This document shows positions 51,433 through 63,655 of a stretch of 64,000 nucleotides of DNA, one piece after another. Numbering within the stretch: position 1 is the first letter of the stretch; each line of letters starts with the position of its first letter. Source of the stretch: Octopus sinensis (lineage: Eukaryota); assembly GCF_006345805.1 (NCBI RefSeq), contig NC_042997.1, positions 81,034,001 through 81,098,000 of the forward strand. The letters run 5' to 3'. The notes under the pieces were generated by a model. That model was given only the letters and a program-made list of their open reading frames with translations. It had not been told where the DNA came from and ran no database searches. A program made the translations under genes and the position numbers.

Positions 51433-51655
51433 TGTGTGTGTGTGTATGTGTGAACGTCTTTGTGTCTGCTTGACAGCTGGTGTTGTTGTGTTTACGTCCC
51501 CATAACTTAACAGTTTGGCAAAAAAGATTGAAGGAATAAGCACCAGGCTTAAAATAAAATAAGTACTGGCATCAATTCATTCAACTAAAGATTCTTCAAG
51601 GTAGTGTCCCAGCATGGCCACAGTCTAATGACTGAAACAAGCAAAAGGTAAAAAG
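51166..51655 (+). mobile_element. Meta-type SINE, older full-length copy with a long internal (TG)n
   Basis: Colinear with 34063-34485. Confidence 0.8.
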
Positions 51656-51889
51656 GGTATGAATGTAAGAATTGTTGATGTTGTTTAGCCCAAGGTCATC
51701 CTTGACAGACCACAACTATGATCAAGAGCATTCCAACTAACAAGCCTATCTTTCTTCTAGATATCTAGCACAACACTACCTAATATATCATTCATTTCCT
51801 GCTTTATTAAAACAGAGAGGTGTGATGTGAGGGAGATTTAGCCATTAATTCTAAAAGGCTGAGTAACTGTAAAGTTTCCCTTATTTACT

Positions 51890-52105
51890 AATATTGGTTT
51901 CAAATATTAGCACAAGGCCAGCATTTTCAGGGAAGTGGGTAAGTCTATTACATTGACCCCAGTGCTCAATCGGTGCTTATTTTATCAACCCAAATACGAT
52001 AAAAAACAAAGCTGTCCTTGAAGGAATTTGAACTCAGCATGTAAAGAAGGACGAAATGCTGCTAAGCATTTTGCTCTGGCTTGCAAATAATTCTGCTAAC
52101 TTGTT
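51890..52105 (-). mobile_element. Nin/Deu-like SINE
   Basis: cattgaccccagtgctcaa...ggaatttgaactcag...aagcattttgc. Confidence 0.7.
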
Positions 52106-52153
52106 GCCTTTCCCTCCCTCATTAACTAATATAAAAAGAGAGATGAAGTACAG

Positions 52154-52184
<31 letters not shown>

Positions 52185-52701
52185 TGCCATCATCACCACC
52201 AACGTTTTTGCATCTGCTTTTCTCAAGCTGGGGTAGGGTGGACAAGACATATTGGGGCTGTGTTTTATCACAAATTGCCCCACCTGTTGCCGGTTCTCAT
52301 TCGTTTTCTAAGTTGTTTCTGTTCTCTTGAATTTTGCATGAAACCTTGAAAATTCCTGGATCATGGGACATATTGTTTACAGGAAATGTGTAAACAAATG
52401 CACCATTGTTTAAATGGTACCAATATATAAAGTCAATACAACTTGTGCACACACCCATGCATATACTAAATTGTATATATGTATATAAATGTACACACAC
52501 ACACATACACACACACATATATATATACGTTATTAAAAAGAGCAGATATATCACAAAAACTGTTACTCAGAGTTTCACATTTCCAGGAACGTGAAACTCT
52601 GAGTGACAGTTTTTGTGATATTTCTGCTGCTTTTGATAAAACATATTACTCTACCTCTGGTATTTGAGTATTCTTTTTCCACTTTGTTTCACATTTATAT
52701 G

Positions 52702-52743
<42 letters not shown>

Positions 52744-52744
52744 T

Positions 52745-53106
52745 AAAAAGCACAATGCGAACGTGGCCGATGCCAACACCGCCTCGACTGGCTTCTGTGC
52801 CGGTGGCACGTAAAAAGCATCATCTGAACGTGGCCGATGCCAGCGCCGCCTTGACTGGCTTCTGTGCCGGTGGCATGTTAAAAGCACCAACCGATCATGG
52901 CCGCTGCCAGACCCCCTGGCACCTGTGCCGGTGGCACGTAAAAGGCACCCACTACACTCGCGGAGTGGTTGGCGTTAGGAAGGGCATCCAGCTGTAGGAA
53001 CACTGCCAGATCAGCCTGGTGCAGCCTCCTGGCTTCCCAGACCCCAGTCGAACTGTCCAACCCGTGCTAGCGCGGAAAACGGACGTTAAACGATGATGAT
53101 GATGAT
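52745..53106 (+). mobile_element. RTE 3'UTR-only copy with three tandem modules
   Basis: GTGCCGGTGGCA(C/T) at 52797, 52864 and 52925; (GAT)n tail. Confidence 0.9.
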
Positions 53107-53116
53107 ATATATATAT

Positions 53117-56100
53117 ATCATCATCATCATCATCATCATTTGACGTCCGTTTTCCATGCTAGCATGGGTTGGACGGTTCGACCGGGGTTTGGTAAGCCAT
53201 GGAGGCTGCACCAGGCTCTAGTCTGATTTGGCAGTGTTTCTACAGCTGGATGCCCTTCCTAACGCCAACCACTCCATGAGTGTAGTGGGTGTTTTTTACG
53301 TGTCACTGGCACATGGGCCAGAGCAGACTGGCAAACAGCCACAATCAGTTGGTGCTTTTATGTGTCACCGACACGGATGCCAGTCGGGCAGCGCTAGTAT
53401 CTGCCACATTCGGACAGTGCTTTTTACGTGTCACCGGTACGGGTGTCTTAACTACAATTTCCATTTGAATTTTTATTTTGATGCTGCTGTACTTGACTCA
53501 ACAGGTCCCCTGTGAGGCTCAAAGTACGAAGGTCATGCTTGACCACCTCGCCCCATGTCTTCCTGGGTCTACCTCTACCCCAGTTTCCTTCAACAGTTTG
53601 GGAGTGGCACTTCTTCACACATCTCTCCTCATCCATCCGTAGTACATGACCATACCAACGCAATCGTCTCTCCTGCACGCTGCATCCAATGCTTCTTATG
53701 CCCAACATTTCTCTCAGGACACTTACACTCTGTTGTGCATGGACAGTGATATTACACATCCAACGGATCATGCTAGCTTCATTTCTTTCAAGCCTACGCA
53801 TGTCCTCCGCAGTCACAGCCCATGTTTCACTGCCATGAAGCATGGCAGTTCGCACACATGCATCGTACAATCTACCTTTCACTCTGAGCAAGAGACTCTT
53901 TGTCGCCAGTAGGGATAGAAGCTTTCTAAACTTTGCCCGGGCTATTCTTATTCTAGTGGTAACGCTCTCTGAGCATCAACCCTTGCTACTAACTTGGTCA
54001 CCTAGGTAGCAGAAACTATCAACTACTTCTAGTTTCTCCCCAAGGAGTGTAATGGAATCTGTTTTCTGAGTATCTATGGTGTCTATTTCCCCTGTGCATC
54101 TGCTGCACACGAAAGCTGTCTTCTTGGTTAATTTTCCTTTGATATTGCTGCACCTCTTATGTGTCCATAGCTTACACTGGGTACATCTTATGGAGTTTCT
54201 ACCTACACCTTTTCTACAGCTCGAGCAGGGCCACCTACCTGAAGGGGCGTGTGGTGAGTTTGCCTTCCTACTTACTAGAACTTTGGTCTTTGCTACATTG
54301 ACTCTAAAGCCTTTTGATTATAAACCTAGCTTCCATACACGAAATTTCTTCTCTAGTTCCGGTAGTGATTCTGCTACGAGGGCTAGGTCATCAGCATAGA
54401 GGAGCTCCCAAGAACAGCCCATCTTAAATTCCTCTGTTATTGCTTGGAAGACTATGATGAATAGAAGGGGATTGAGGGCTGAGCCTTGGTGGATGCCAAC
54501 TTCTACCCGGAATTCTTCACTGTACTCATTGCCAATCCTAACCTTACTAATAGCCTCTCTGTAGAGGGCTTGTACAGCCCTTATTAACCATTCGTCAATC
54601 TCCAGTTTCCGCATCGCCCACCAGATAAGGGATCGGGAGACCCTGTCAAAGGCTCTCTCCAAGTCCACAAAAGCTAAGTATAGGGGTTTATCTCTGGCTA
54701 GGTATTTCTCCTGCAGTTGTTGAACCATGAATATGGCATCAGTGGTGCTTCTGCCAGGCACAAAGCCAAACTGCATCTCATCTAGGCTAACCCTCTCCCT
54801 AATTAGTTGGGCTATGGCCCTCTCCATGACCTTCATTACCTGATCCAGCAGTTTGATGCCCCTGTAGTTATTTCTATCTAGAGCATCCCCTTTACTCTTG
54901 TAGCAGTTGACTATGGTGCTGCTACGCCAGTCATTGGGTATGACTCCATCATGAACTACTTGGTTTACAATGTGGGTAACTAGGCCGTAGCCCACACCGC
55001 CAGATGTTTTAAGCATCTCAGCAGTGATTCCTGATGGGCCGGGGGCTTTTCCTGGCTTCATACCCTTAATTGCTTTAACTACTAGGGAGCTATCTATACA
55101 GATAGCTGGTCCTTCTACTGGGTCAACATTTGGCAGGCTCCCCTCCTCCCACTTATTCTCCACATTCAGCAGTCTTTTATAGTGGCTTCTCCAAGCCTCT
55201 TTCTTTTCAGAATCACAAAAAGCAAGTGCCCCATCATCCATTCGAACACATTTCTCTCCTGTGACATCACAATTTTCTCTCACACACTGTCTTGAACCTC
55301 AGTTCTTTGGTCCTCATGTCTCTGGACATTGGCAAACTTCTTTTCCACTACACTCTTGGCTATGTATATCTGCCGCCCAGCCTCCCTTCTGGCTACCTGG
55401 TACAGTTCCCTACTACCCCTCATCCTTCCAGGCTTTCCAGGCCTGTTTCTTTGCCCTAATGGCCTTGTCTACTGTACTATTACCCATCACGTAACTCTAG
55501 GTCTGGTAGGGACTTTGCACCAGCCACAGACTTGGTCTGTGGCGCTCAGTAAGCTGTCCTTTAGGAATTTCCAGCTACCTTCTATGTCCGATGTCTGTAG
55601 CTCCTCCTCCCTCTCTTAAAATTTCTTGATGAGGATGTCCCTAAATCTCTGACCATGTGAAGGGTTCTTTAGCTTCCAAATCCTTCTTTTTAGGATTGGT
55701 TTGCTTCTTGGTATCCTTCTGGCCTCGAGGCTAAAGTCACTAATGACTAGCCTATGCTGGGGGGTACATTCTTCACCTAGGAGGGTCTTTGCATTTAAGA
55801 GCAACCCTGTGTCCCGCTGTCTGGTGAGGATGATATCAATCTGGCTAGCAGAGTCCCCTGATTGATAGGTTATCAGGTGGCTGTCTGGCTTCCTGAAGTT
55901 AGTGTTGCAGATTAAAAGGTTACATGCATCACAGAATTCCAGTAGCCTAGTTCCCTCATTGTTTCGAGTGCCAATACCATGGCCACCGTGTATCCCAGTG
56001 AAGATACCTGCTTCCCGCCCGACATGCCCATTAAAGTCTCCAGCCACAAAGATGAGGTCATTGCCACTCGTCTTTGAGGTAGCCTGTAGAAGGGTGTCAT

Positions 56101-56510
56101 AAAAGTGGTCCTTCTGATCATTTGGTAGCCCTGCATGTGGAGCGTAGGTGGAGATGATAGTAGCTGTGCTATTCTGCAGGACTAGCCTAAGCTTAAGTAC
56201 TCTATCAACCTCTATAACCTTATCCACCCATTTCTCTGAGAGGAGAATGCCTACATCCCCTATACCATCCATGTTACCTTGCCAGAAGAATTTGTACTTA
56301 TGTGCCTTGCCTGTGAGGACCCTAGCTGAAGCTCCTCTCCATCTTACCTCTTGTACGCAGCATACATCAACCCGTCTCCTTTCAGGCATCTCCACAATCT
56401 CACTAGACCTACCTTTCATTGTGCCAACATTGACAGTGCCAACTCTGAAAACTGGGAAGGGAATGTGGGGTGAGGTTTGGGGTGGAGGGATGGTATTCAG
56501 CACCTGAAAA
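53117..56510 (-). mobile_element. Near-full-length RTE LINE (APE, RT, PHD, C-terminus, 3'UTR), defective
   Basis: APE ORF 55616-56548 (TVNVGT, VQEVRW, YAP, GDFN, SQID, QHRLV); RT ORF 54318-55283 (YRGIKL, QFGF, VDLERAFD, HQGS, YADD) ending at a premature stop; C-terminal ORF 53448-53891. Confidence 0.95.
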
Positions 56511-56679
56511 GAGGAGGGTTGTGGTGGTGATGTTCGTTTGTTTGGCATGCTTCATCCTTTCTCTTTTTCTTTCTACCTCTCTTCCATCCTGACAACATTC
56601 AAGCATATATATATATATATATATGTATGATATATATATATATGTATATATATACACACATATACATATATATATACAC

Positions 56680-57420
56680 ATGACCCTGTCAGTGCAGGTG
56701 CCACTTAAAAGCACCCAGTCCACACTGTAAAGTGGTTGGTGTTCAGAAGGGCATCCAGCTGTAAAATCCTTGCCAAAACTGACCTTGCCTGTGCTTGTGT
56801 CACGTAAAAGGCACTAAGTCCACTCTGTGGAGTGGTTGGTGTTAGGAAGGGCATCCATCTGGAAAAATCCTGCCAAAACAGTTACAGACGTTTGGTACAG
56901 GCTTCTGCCTGACTGGCTCTTGTGAAACCGTCCCACCTATGCTAGCATGGAAGGCAGACGTTAAACAATGATGATGATGATGATGATGATCACATATATA
57001 TATTTATCATCATCGTCGTCGTCATCGTTGTTTAGCGTCTGCTTTCCATGCTGGCATGGGTTGGACAGTTTAACTGAGGATTGGCAAGCCAGTACTTATT
57101 CTATCAGTCTTGTTTGCCAAACTGCTAATTTACAGGGACGTGCACACACCCACATTAGTTGTCAAGTGATGGTGGGGTGACAAACATAAACACACAAATA
57201 TATACATACATACATTTTTACAGTGGGACTGAAACTGAAACCATGTGGTTGGGAAGCAAATTTCTTACCACACAGCCTGTCTGCGTCTGTATATGTACAC
57301 ACGAACACACACACATATGTGTGTTTGATAGACTTTCATACAGTTTCTATCTACCAAATATCTTAGCTCAGTCTGAGGCCATAGAAAAAGATACTTACCC
57401 AAGGTGCTAAGCAATGTAGT
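56680..57420. mobile_element. RTE tail plus (56680-56990), RTE tail minus (57006-57090), Meta-type SINE minus (57090-57420)
   Basis: By-eye alignment to intact copies in this window. Confidence 0.7.
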
Positions 57421-57607
57421 CTTTGCAGACACATAGCCATTACTAAAATAACACCATCCAAAATAATGGAAAACACAAGCTAACAAGAAACTAAAACTGC
57501 TGGGAGCATGCTAGTTTGTTTATGTCATCTGTTAACATTTGTCAAGTACAGATAACGTCTAATACCATGCTGTATTTTAAATAACAACATCTGATAGTCT
57601 GGTAGAC

Positions 57608-57865
57608 CTACCAGACTATCAAATACTGTTACACATCGCTTCTCCCAATGCACTTTGCATTGTTTTAGCTTTCAAATGATGTCACTCTGCTGGCTAAGTG
57701 AGCAGGCCAACACTCCACCCCATCCCCTGATTAAAAGGGTGACAGGAGCAACTTTAGATGAAGTTTTTTGTTCAAGAATACAACATGCTACCTGGTCTGG
57801 GAATTGAACCCACGATCTAGTGATCATGAATGCAACACTTTTACCACTAGGCTATGAACCTTCAC
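57608..57865 (-). mobile_element. A further tRNA-derived SINE family with an RTE-like tail
   Basis: Head reverse complement gtgaaggttcatagcctagtggtaaaag...gggttcaattccc (A and B boxes); decayed relatives probably at about 5310-5530 and 18090-18240. Confidence 0.6.
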
Positions 57866-59730
57866 ATTTTATTCATAAGGTATAAAAATATCAAAAAAAA
57901 ACAACAACAATGAGGTAGAAAAGCAAAGAAACAGAGTGTATAAGTTGACACTCAGGAAAACTGTAAGAAGTCTTTCGCATTTTGAGCCTATGCTCCTTTA
58001 TGTAAAGAGCAGATGAGGAGAGAGAAAAATAAAGAGAAAAGAACAAGCATATCTCAAATAGATGGTCACTGTATCCTGAAATGATCAGAAGAGGAAGAAA
58101 TGGGCTTGGGACATGGTTGACAAGGGGAACAGCAATATGCATGAACATGATGCTAATGTGTGTGTGTGTATGTGTATATATGGGTACATATGTGTATGTG
58201 TGTGTGTGCAAGGACAAGTGTTATGTGTGTATGAAGCTAATGTGTGTGCATGTATGCGTGTGTGGACACATGTGTGTATGAAGCAATGTGTATTCAGTGT
58301 ACACATGTGTATGGACATGTGTTTGTGTGTATAAAAATATCTGATGTGCGTGTGTGTGTGCGTGTGCATGTGTGTGTGTGTGTGCGTGTGCGTGCGTGTG
58401 CAAGCACACATGTGGGGCAAGAGTAAAGTGTATTAACCAGGGGTGGTGGAAGAGATAGGTGTTGTGATCTCGGATGGGACAGAATGGAGGAATAATTGGT
58501 GTTGTAGTATTTAGTGTAAGCAAGAAAGTCATGGAGAAGGCATTTGATGTGGAGAATGAAATGGAGAATGGAGTCGGCAATGAAGTGTGAGTAGCAAGAA
58601 AAGAAGATATAATAGGCAAGTGGAGAAGTTGGTCAGCGGTACATATTTTGGAGAGATTAGGGCAGATGGTGGCATGCATGAGGTGGTAAGATGCCTTAAA
58701 GTCATTTAAATAAATCCATCAAAGTGCATCTATAAACCAAATAAATTTAGTTAAATTTATATTTAAAAGTTTTCTCCCGTGTGCTTTTGATCATGCTAAT
58801 GATCTCTGTCTTCTTTATAGGTGTAATTGTAATTGACTGAAAGTTCTTTTTGATTTACTATATTTAGAACGTTATGTTGCATACTATATATCATAAAAAT
58901 TGTCCTAAGGTCTGGTAGTTTTCTGTTAAAATATATTTCTCTGAGCTTAAATACATTTGAAACATGTCTGGAGTTATCATTATAACTGCCAAAGATTGAA
59001 CTCTCTCCTCCTTGCATTACTTCATTAATTTTTAATATTTTAAATATCAGTTCTTTCCCTTGGCCCTTTTGACAAGATTTGTCATTAACACATAATTTTT
59101 TTTTTCCATTAAAGAAGTAATTTCTATTGATTAAATATTATTTTGCAGGGCTCATTAAATTCATTGTGGTTACCCATGCTTAAAAACAGATCAAAAATTC
59201 ATAAGAGAGAATTTATAATAACTTTTTGAGTGTAAAATTTCTTTTTCCTTTTCATTTGAAAATGTTTTTTTTACCTTTAAAATATTTGTTTTGCTCACTT
59301 CCTGACTGTGCTGCATTATGAACATATCAATATTATCATATAATGAAAATTATTTTGTTTTATTTATTTATTTATTTATATTTTGACTGATATTTTTTTT
59401 AAATTGTCCAAATTGCCTAGAGTGCAAGCTAATAAAGTGGTACTAATTATTAATAAATTGAGTGTTAACATACTTAATGTATGTTTTTGTATGTGATAGG
59501 ATAGTTAGATAGATTTTGTTTTTTACATTTTAGTTTGAAGAGGCAGGACAGTACCTGTGACCTTTGCATACACATTTCAATAAACAAGATTTATATCATT
59601 TTTTTTTTACAGATAGATGCTTCTTTAGTAATGTTAGTAGAGATAATTATGAAAATGAAGAATAGTTAAGTAGGTTGTTTGCCAAGCACAGTTTTTTTTT
59701 GGTTTGATTCCACTGTGTGACACTATTTAA

Positions 59731-59895
59731 CATCATGTTTTCTATAAGGGTTACACCCCAAAACTATCTTAGAGTTAAGTTAGAAATACTTGTTTTATAC
59801 AGAATTAATTAATTCATATGCTATCTAATGTGTTATATCATTTTCTTCTGGCAGTGAATTGTTTTCTCATTTAGGGTACAACATAAATACAAATT
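59731..59895 (+). repeat. 165-bp perfect direct repeat, copy 1 (copy 2 at 61411-61575)
   Basis: Base-for-base identical at an offset of 1680 bp. Confidence 0.95.
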
Positions 59896-60205
59896 ATTGT
59901 GATCAGTTATTTTTTACACCCCCTTTTCCATGCTGATTTGGTGGGATGAGATTTCTTAAGGCTGTATTCTATGGGCCAAATGCCTTTCCTGATACTAAAC
60001 CTTCAATATATTTCTTTAAAACTAAGACACTTTATCTTACATTTTGGATATTGAAAAGCAAACAGTGTCAATACAAACACAAGCAGAGACAAACACACAC
60101 GAACATGCATGCATGCACATACACACATGCAAGTGTGCGTGCACACACACACATACACATACACACAAGCACACACACACATACACACCCACACAAACAC
60201 CCACA

Positions 60206-60240
<35 letters not shown>

Positions 60241-60357
60241 GCTTCATACAGTTTCTGTCTACCAATGCTCACAAGGTATTTGTTAATCTGAGGCCATAAT
60301 AGGCCTCAGGTTAACAAATACCTTGTGAGCATTGGTAGACAGAAACTGTATGAAGCT

Positions 60358-60390
<33 letters not shown>

Positions 60391-60715
60391 TGTGTGTTTG
60401 TGTGGGTGTTTGTGTGGGTGTGTATGTGTGTGTGTGCTTGTGTGTATGTGTATGTGTGTGTGTGCACGCACACTTGCATGTGTGTATGTGCATGCATGCA
60501 TGTTCGTGTGTGTTTGTCTCTGCTTGTGTTTGTATTGACACTGTTTGCTTTTCAATATCCAAAATGTAAGATAAAGTGTCTTAGTTTTAAAGAAATATAT
60601 TGAAGGTTTAGTATCAGGAAAGGCATTTGGCCCATAGAATACAGCCTTAAGAAATCTCATCCAACCAAATCAGCATGGAAAAGGGGGTGTAAAAAATAAC
60701 TGATCACAATAATTT
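59891..60715. repeat. Near-perfect palindrome (arms 59891-60295 and 60302-60715, 6-nt loop)
   Basis: The arms differ by two substitutions that I found and a 9-nt (CA)n length difference. Confidence 0.95.
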
Positions 60716-60773
60716 TCTATTCTTGTACTGAAAGTTGTGTGTTACTGAGAGGTGACAATTGTGTGTTACTGAG

Positions 60774-60952
60774 AGGAGTGGCTGTGTGGTAAGTAGCTTG
60801 CTTACCAACCACATGGTTCCAGGTTCAGTCCCACTGTGTGGCACCTTGGGCAAGTGTCTTCTACTATAGCCTTGGGTCAACCAAAGCCTTGTGAGTGGAT
60901 TTGGTACATGGAAACTGAAAGAAGCCCGTCATATATATATATATGTGTATGT

Positions 60953-60987
<35 letters not shown>

Positions 60988-61225
60988 AGTGTGTGTGTGC
61001 ATGTGTGTGTGTGCATGTATATGTTTGTGTGTCTGTGTTTGTTCCCCCAACATCACTTCACAACCGATGCTGGTGTGTTTACGTCCCCGTAACTTAGTGG
61101 TTCAGCAAAAGAGACCAATAGAATAAGTACTAGGCTTACAAAGAATAAGCCCTGGGGTCGATTTGCTCGACTAAAGGCAGTGTTCCTGCATGACCACAGT
61201 CAAATGATTGAAACAAATAAAAGAA
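60774..61225 (+). mobile_element. Full-length Meta-type SINE
   Basis: Colinear with 34063-34485. Confidence 0.88.
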
Positions 61226-62185
61226 AGAAAAACAAAAGAAAAAAAACAAAGTATCATGATTTCTACCTTGTTGGATTACTTTGTCTTTGTCTTCTTACCA
61301 TATGATTTATTCCTGATGTTGGCTACTATATGAATAGTTTGAAAGAACATGCAAAGTTCTAACTGCAACAAAACTAAGATCTAAATTGGTCGAAACCCTG
61401 ATCCCGTGATCATCATGTTTTCTATAAGGGTTACACCCCAAAACTATCTTAGAGTTAAGTTAGAAATACTTGTTTTATACAGAATTAATTAATTCATATG
61501 CTATCTAATGTGTTATATCATTTTCTTCTGGCAGTGAATTGTTTTCTCATTTAGGGTACAACATAAATACAAATTGTTTTGTGAAAAGATTAACATAATA
61601 TGCTTTATTTTTCCTATCTTTCTAACAGATGAAAGGATAGTTTCATCTATACACTGCTTCAAAGGATCTAAGAGAACTACTGTATTGTGAATTTGTTCCA
61701 TAATTTTCTTTTTTATCTATTGCTGTTTTACTATAAATGCAGAGACAAATCTGAACTAAAACTTACTGTTTCTAGTCTACAATTATTGTATACTGTTATT
61801 GCTTTAGGAATCAACATCAATGTTTATTTTTTCTATTGTGTTTCTACTAATGAAGTAGAATAGATCATGTAGAAGCCTCAAGGAAAATATCCAGTCCCAA
61901 TCTAACTCTCAAAATTTAGTGTCATTCACGATATATAATGGCGTTTCAGTTGCATTTCCCATAAGAACAATGCAAAAACTTAATTATAAACCAATTTTGT
62001 TTGGTTCAGAGTCCAATACATTAATAATTAAGTTATGCTGAATGTATCCCTGGAATAGTTCAATTTTAGTAAATTATTGGAAGCTGGGCTCTTTTATTAC
62101 TTGTTGTTCATTTGTGGCACTGATTAACCTTAAAAACTAAAAGGGCAGTTACAATCTTATTTATATGTTTCTCAGAGTGCAACTG

Positions 62186-62335
62186 TATTCACATTGTGTT
62201 GTATATAACAGATTTCATACCGTGTCCTGTATGAATTCTTCTTATAGTGTTCCATATAACAATATTTATATTATGTTTCTTATAACATCCTTCATATTGT
62301 GCTCCATATAACAATTCATCATAATGTATTCCATC
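62186..62335. repeat. Degenerate minisatellite, unit about 25 bp (ttcatattgtgttccatataacaa-like)
   Basis: About six imperfect units visible. Confidence 0.5.
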
Positions 62336-62490
62336 TTTATGTTCTGAGTTCAAATTCCACCAAAGTCGACTTTGTCTTTCATCCTTTCAAAGTTGATAAA
62401 ATAAGTAACAGTTGAGTACTGGGGTCAATGCAATTGACTTACTCCCTTCCTGAAATTGCTGGCCTAGTGCCAAAATTTGAAATCATTTTT
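62335..62490 (+). mobile_element. Nin/Deu-like SINE fragment with (ATT) tail
   Basis: gttctgagttcaaattccaccaaagtcgactttgtctttcatcc...aagtaacagtt. Confidence 0.75.
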
Positions 62491-62539
62491 ATTATTATTA
62501 TCATTATTATCATTATTATTTATCCAAAAATATATGGCT

Positions 62540-63655
62540 GCACTTGACTTTCAGCAATCTAGAGAATGCCTTTGACAGGGTCTCTTGCTCCCTGATCTGG
62601 TGGTCACTGTGAAAGTTAAGAGTAGATGAATGGTTTGTTAAAAACCATACAATCCATATACAGGAGTTTAGTCAGTAAGGTGAGAGTAAATAATGAGTAC
62701 AGTGATGAATTAAGTGAACAGATACATGTTTCTCCAGGGCTTGACTCTCATTCCCCTCCTATTTATCATTGTCTTATTACCAATTACAGAGTTATTTAAG
62801 ACTGGTTGCCCATGAGAACTTCTCTATGCTGATGACCATGTTCTTATAGCTGAATCTGTAGCAAAATTAAAAAAGAAATTCTCAATGTTGAAGCAAAACC
62901 TGGATCCAAAAGGCCTAAAATGTAACTTATCAAAGACCAAAGTTCAAAGCAAGAAAGCAGACAGTATACTAATCCCTTCAGGAAAATTGCCTACTTTCAT
63001 CTGTAGAAATTCCATACAGTATATTTAGTACAAACTATGGACACATGTGAAATACAATGGAATCACAGAAAGATTAACAGAAACTACACTTTGTTTGTGA
63101 CAGATGCATAGGAGCAATAAGCACTGAGAACATATGGAAATAGATTTTTTCAAATGCCCAAGAGGATCTGTAGAGGTAGTAGATACTTTCTGTACCCGAG
63201 ATAATTAACAGTAAAGGAGGACGTTCTAAAAGTATAGCTGCTAGAATACAAACCACTTGGAGAAAGACCAGAGAGTTATTACCTCTGTAACAAAAGGCCT
63301 CTCTCTGAGTGAAAGGCAGATTTTATGATGCTTATGCATGAACAGCAACACTATATGATAGTAAAGTGTGAATTGTGGATACAGAGGACATGCAAAGACA
63401 AGGAAGAAGTGAAGTTAGCATCCTCTGTTGGATGTGCAATGTCAGTGTACACATACAATAAAGTACAAATGTGTTGAGAGAAAAAGTTGTGCTTAAAAGA
63501 TATCAGATATGGTGTGTAAGAAAGAAAACTGTATTGGTTTGGTTATGTAATGTATATGGATGAGTACAGCTGCATAAAGAGGTGCGGATTGTTAAATATG
63601 AATGGAACATATGGGAGAGGGAGACTCAGGAAGACATGGGACAAAGTTGTGAATC
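62540..63655 (+). pseudogene. Old decayed RTE LINE fragment (RT to C-terminus)
   Basis: gagaatgcctttgacagggt, ctctatgctgatgacc, cctctctctgagtgaaaggcagat, ggagactcaggaagacatggga align to the young RTE copies with many stops. Confidence 0.8.

Noticed and set aside
52745-52960. Regularly spaced repeats as a CRISPR-like array
   Set aside because: The intervening sequence is also repeated, there are no unique spacers or cas genes, and the context is eukaryotic; these are LINE 3'UTR modules.
57968-58010. Minus-strand GAGC-ATAG-GCTC-AAAATG as a functional hammerhead
   Set aside because: The CUGANGA half is unrecognisable; at most a fossil, mentioned only in the density finding.
60735-60776. 18-bp tandem duplication ttgtgtgttactgagagg before a SINE, as a TSD
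   Set aside because: Both copies are on the 5' side of the SINE; a local slippage duplication.
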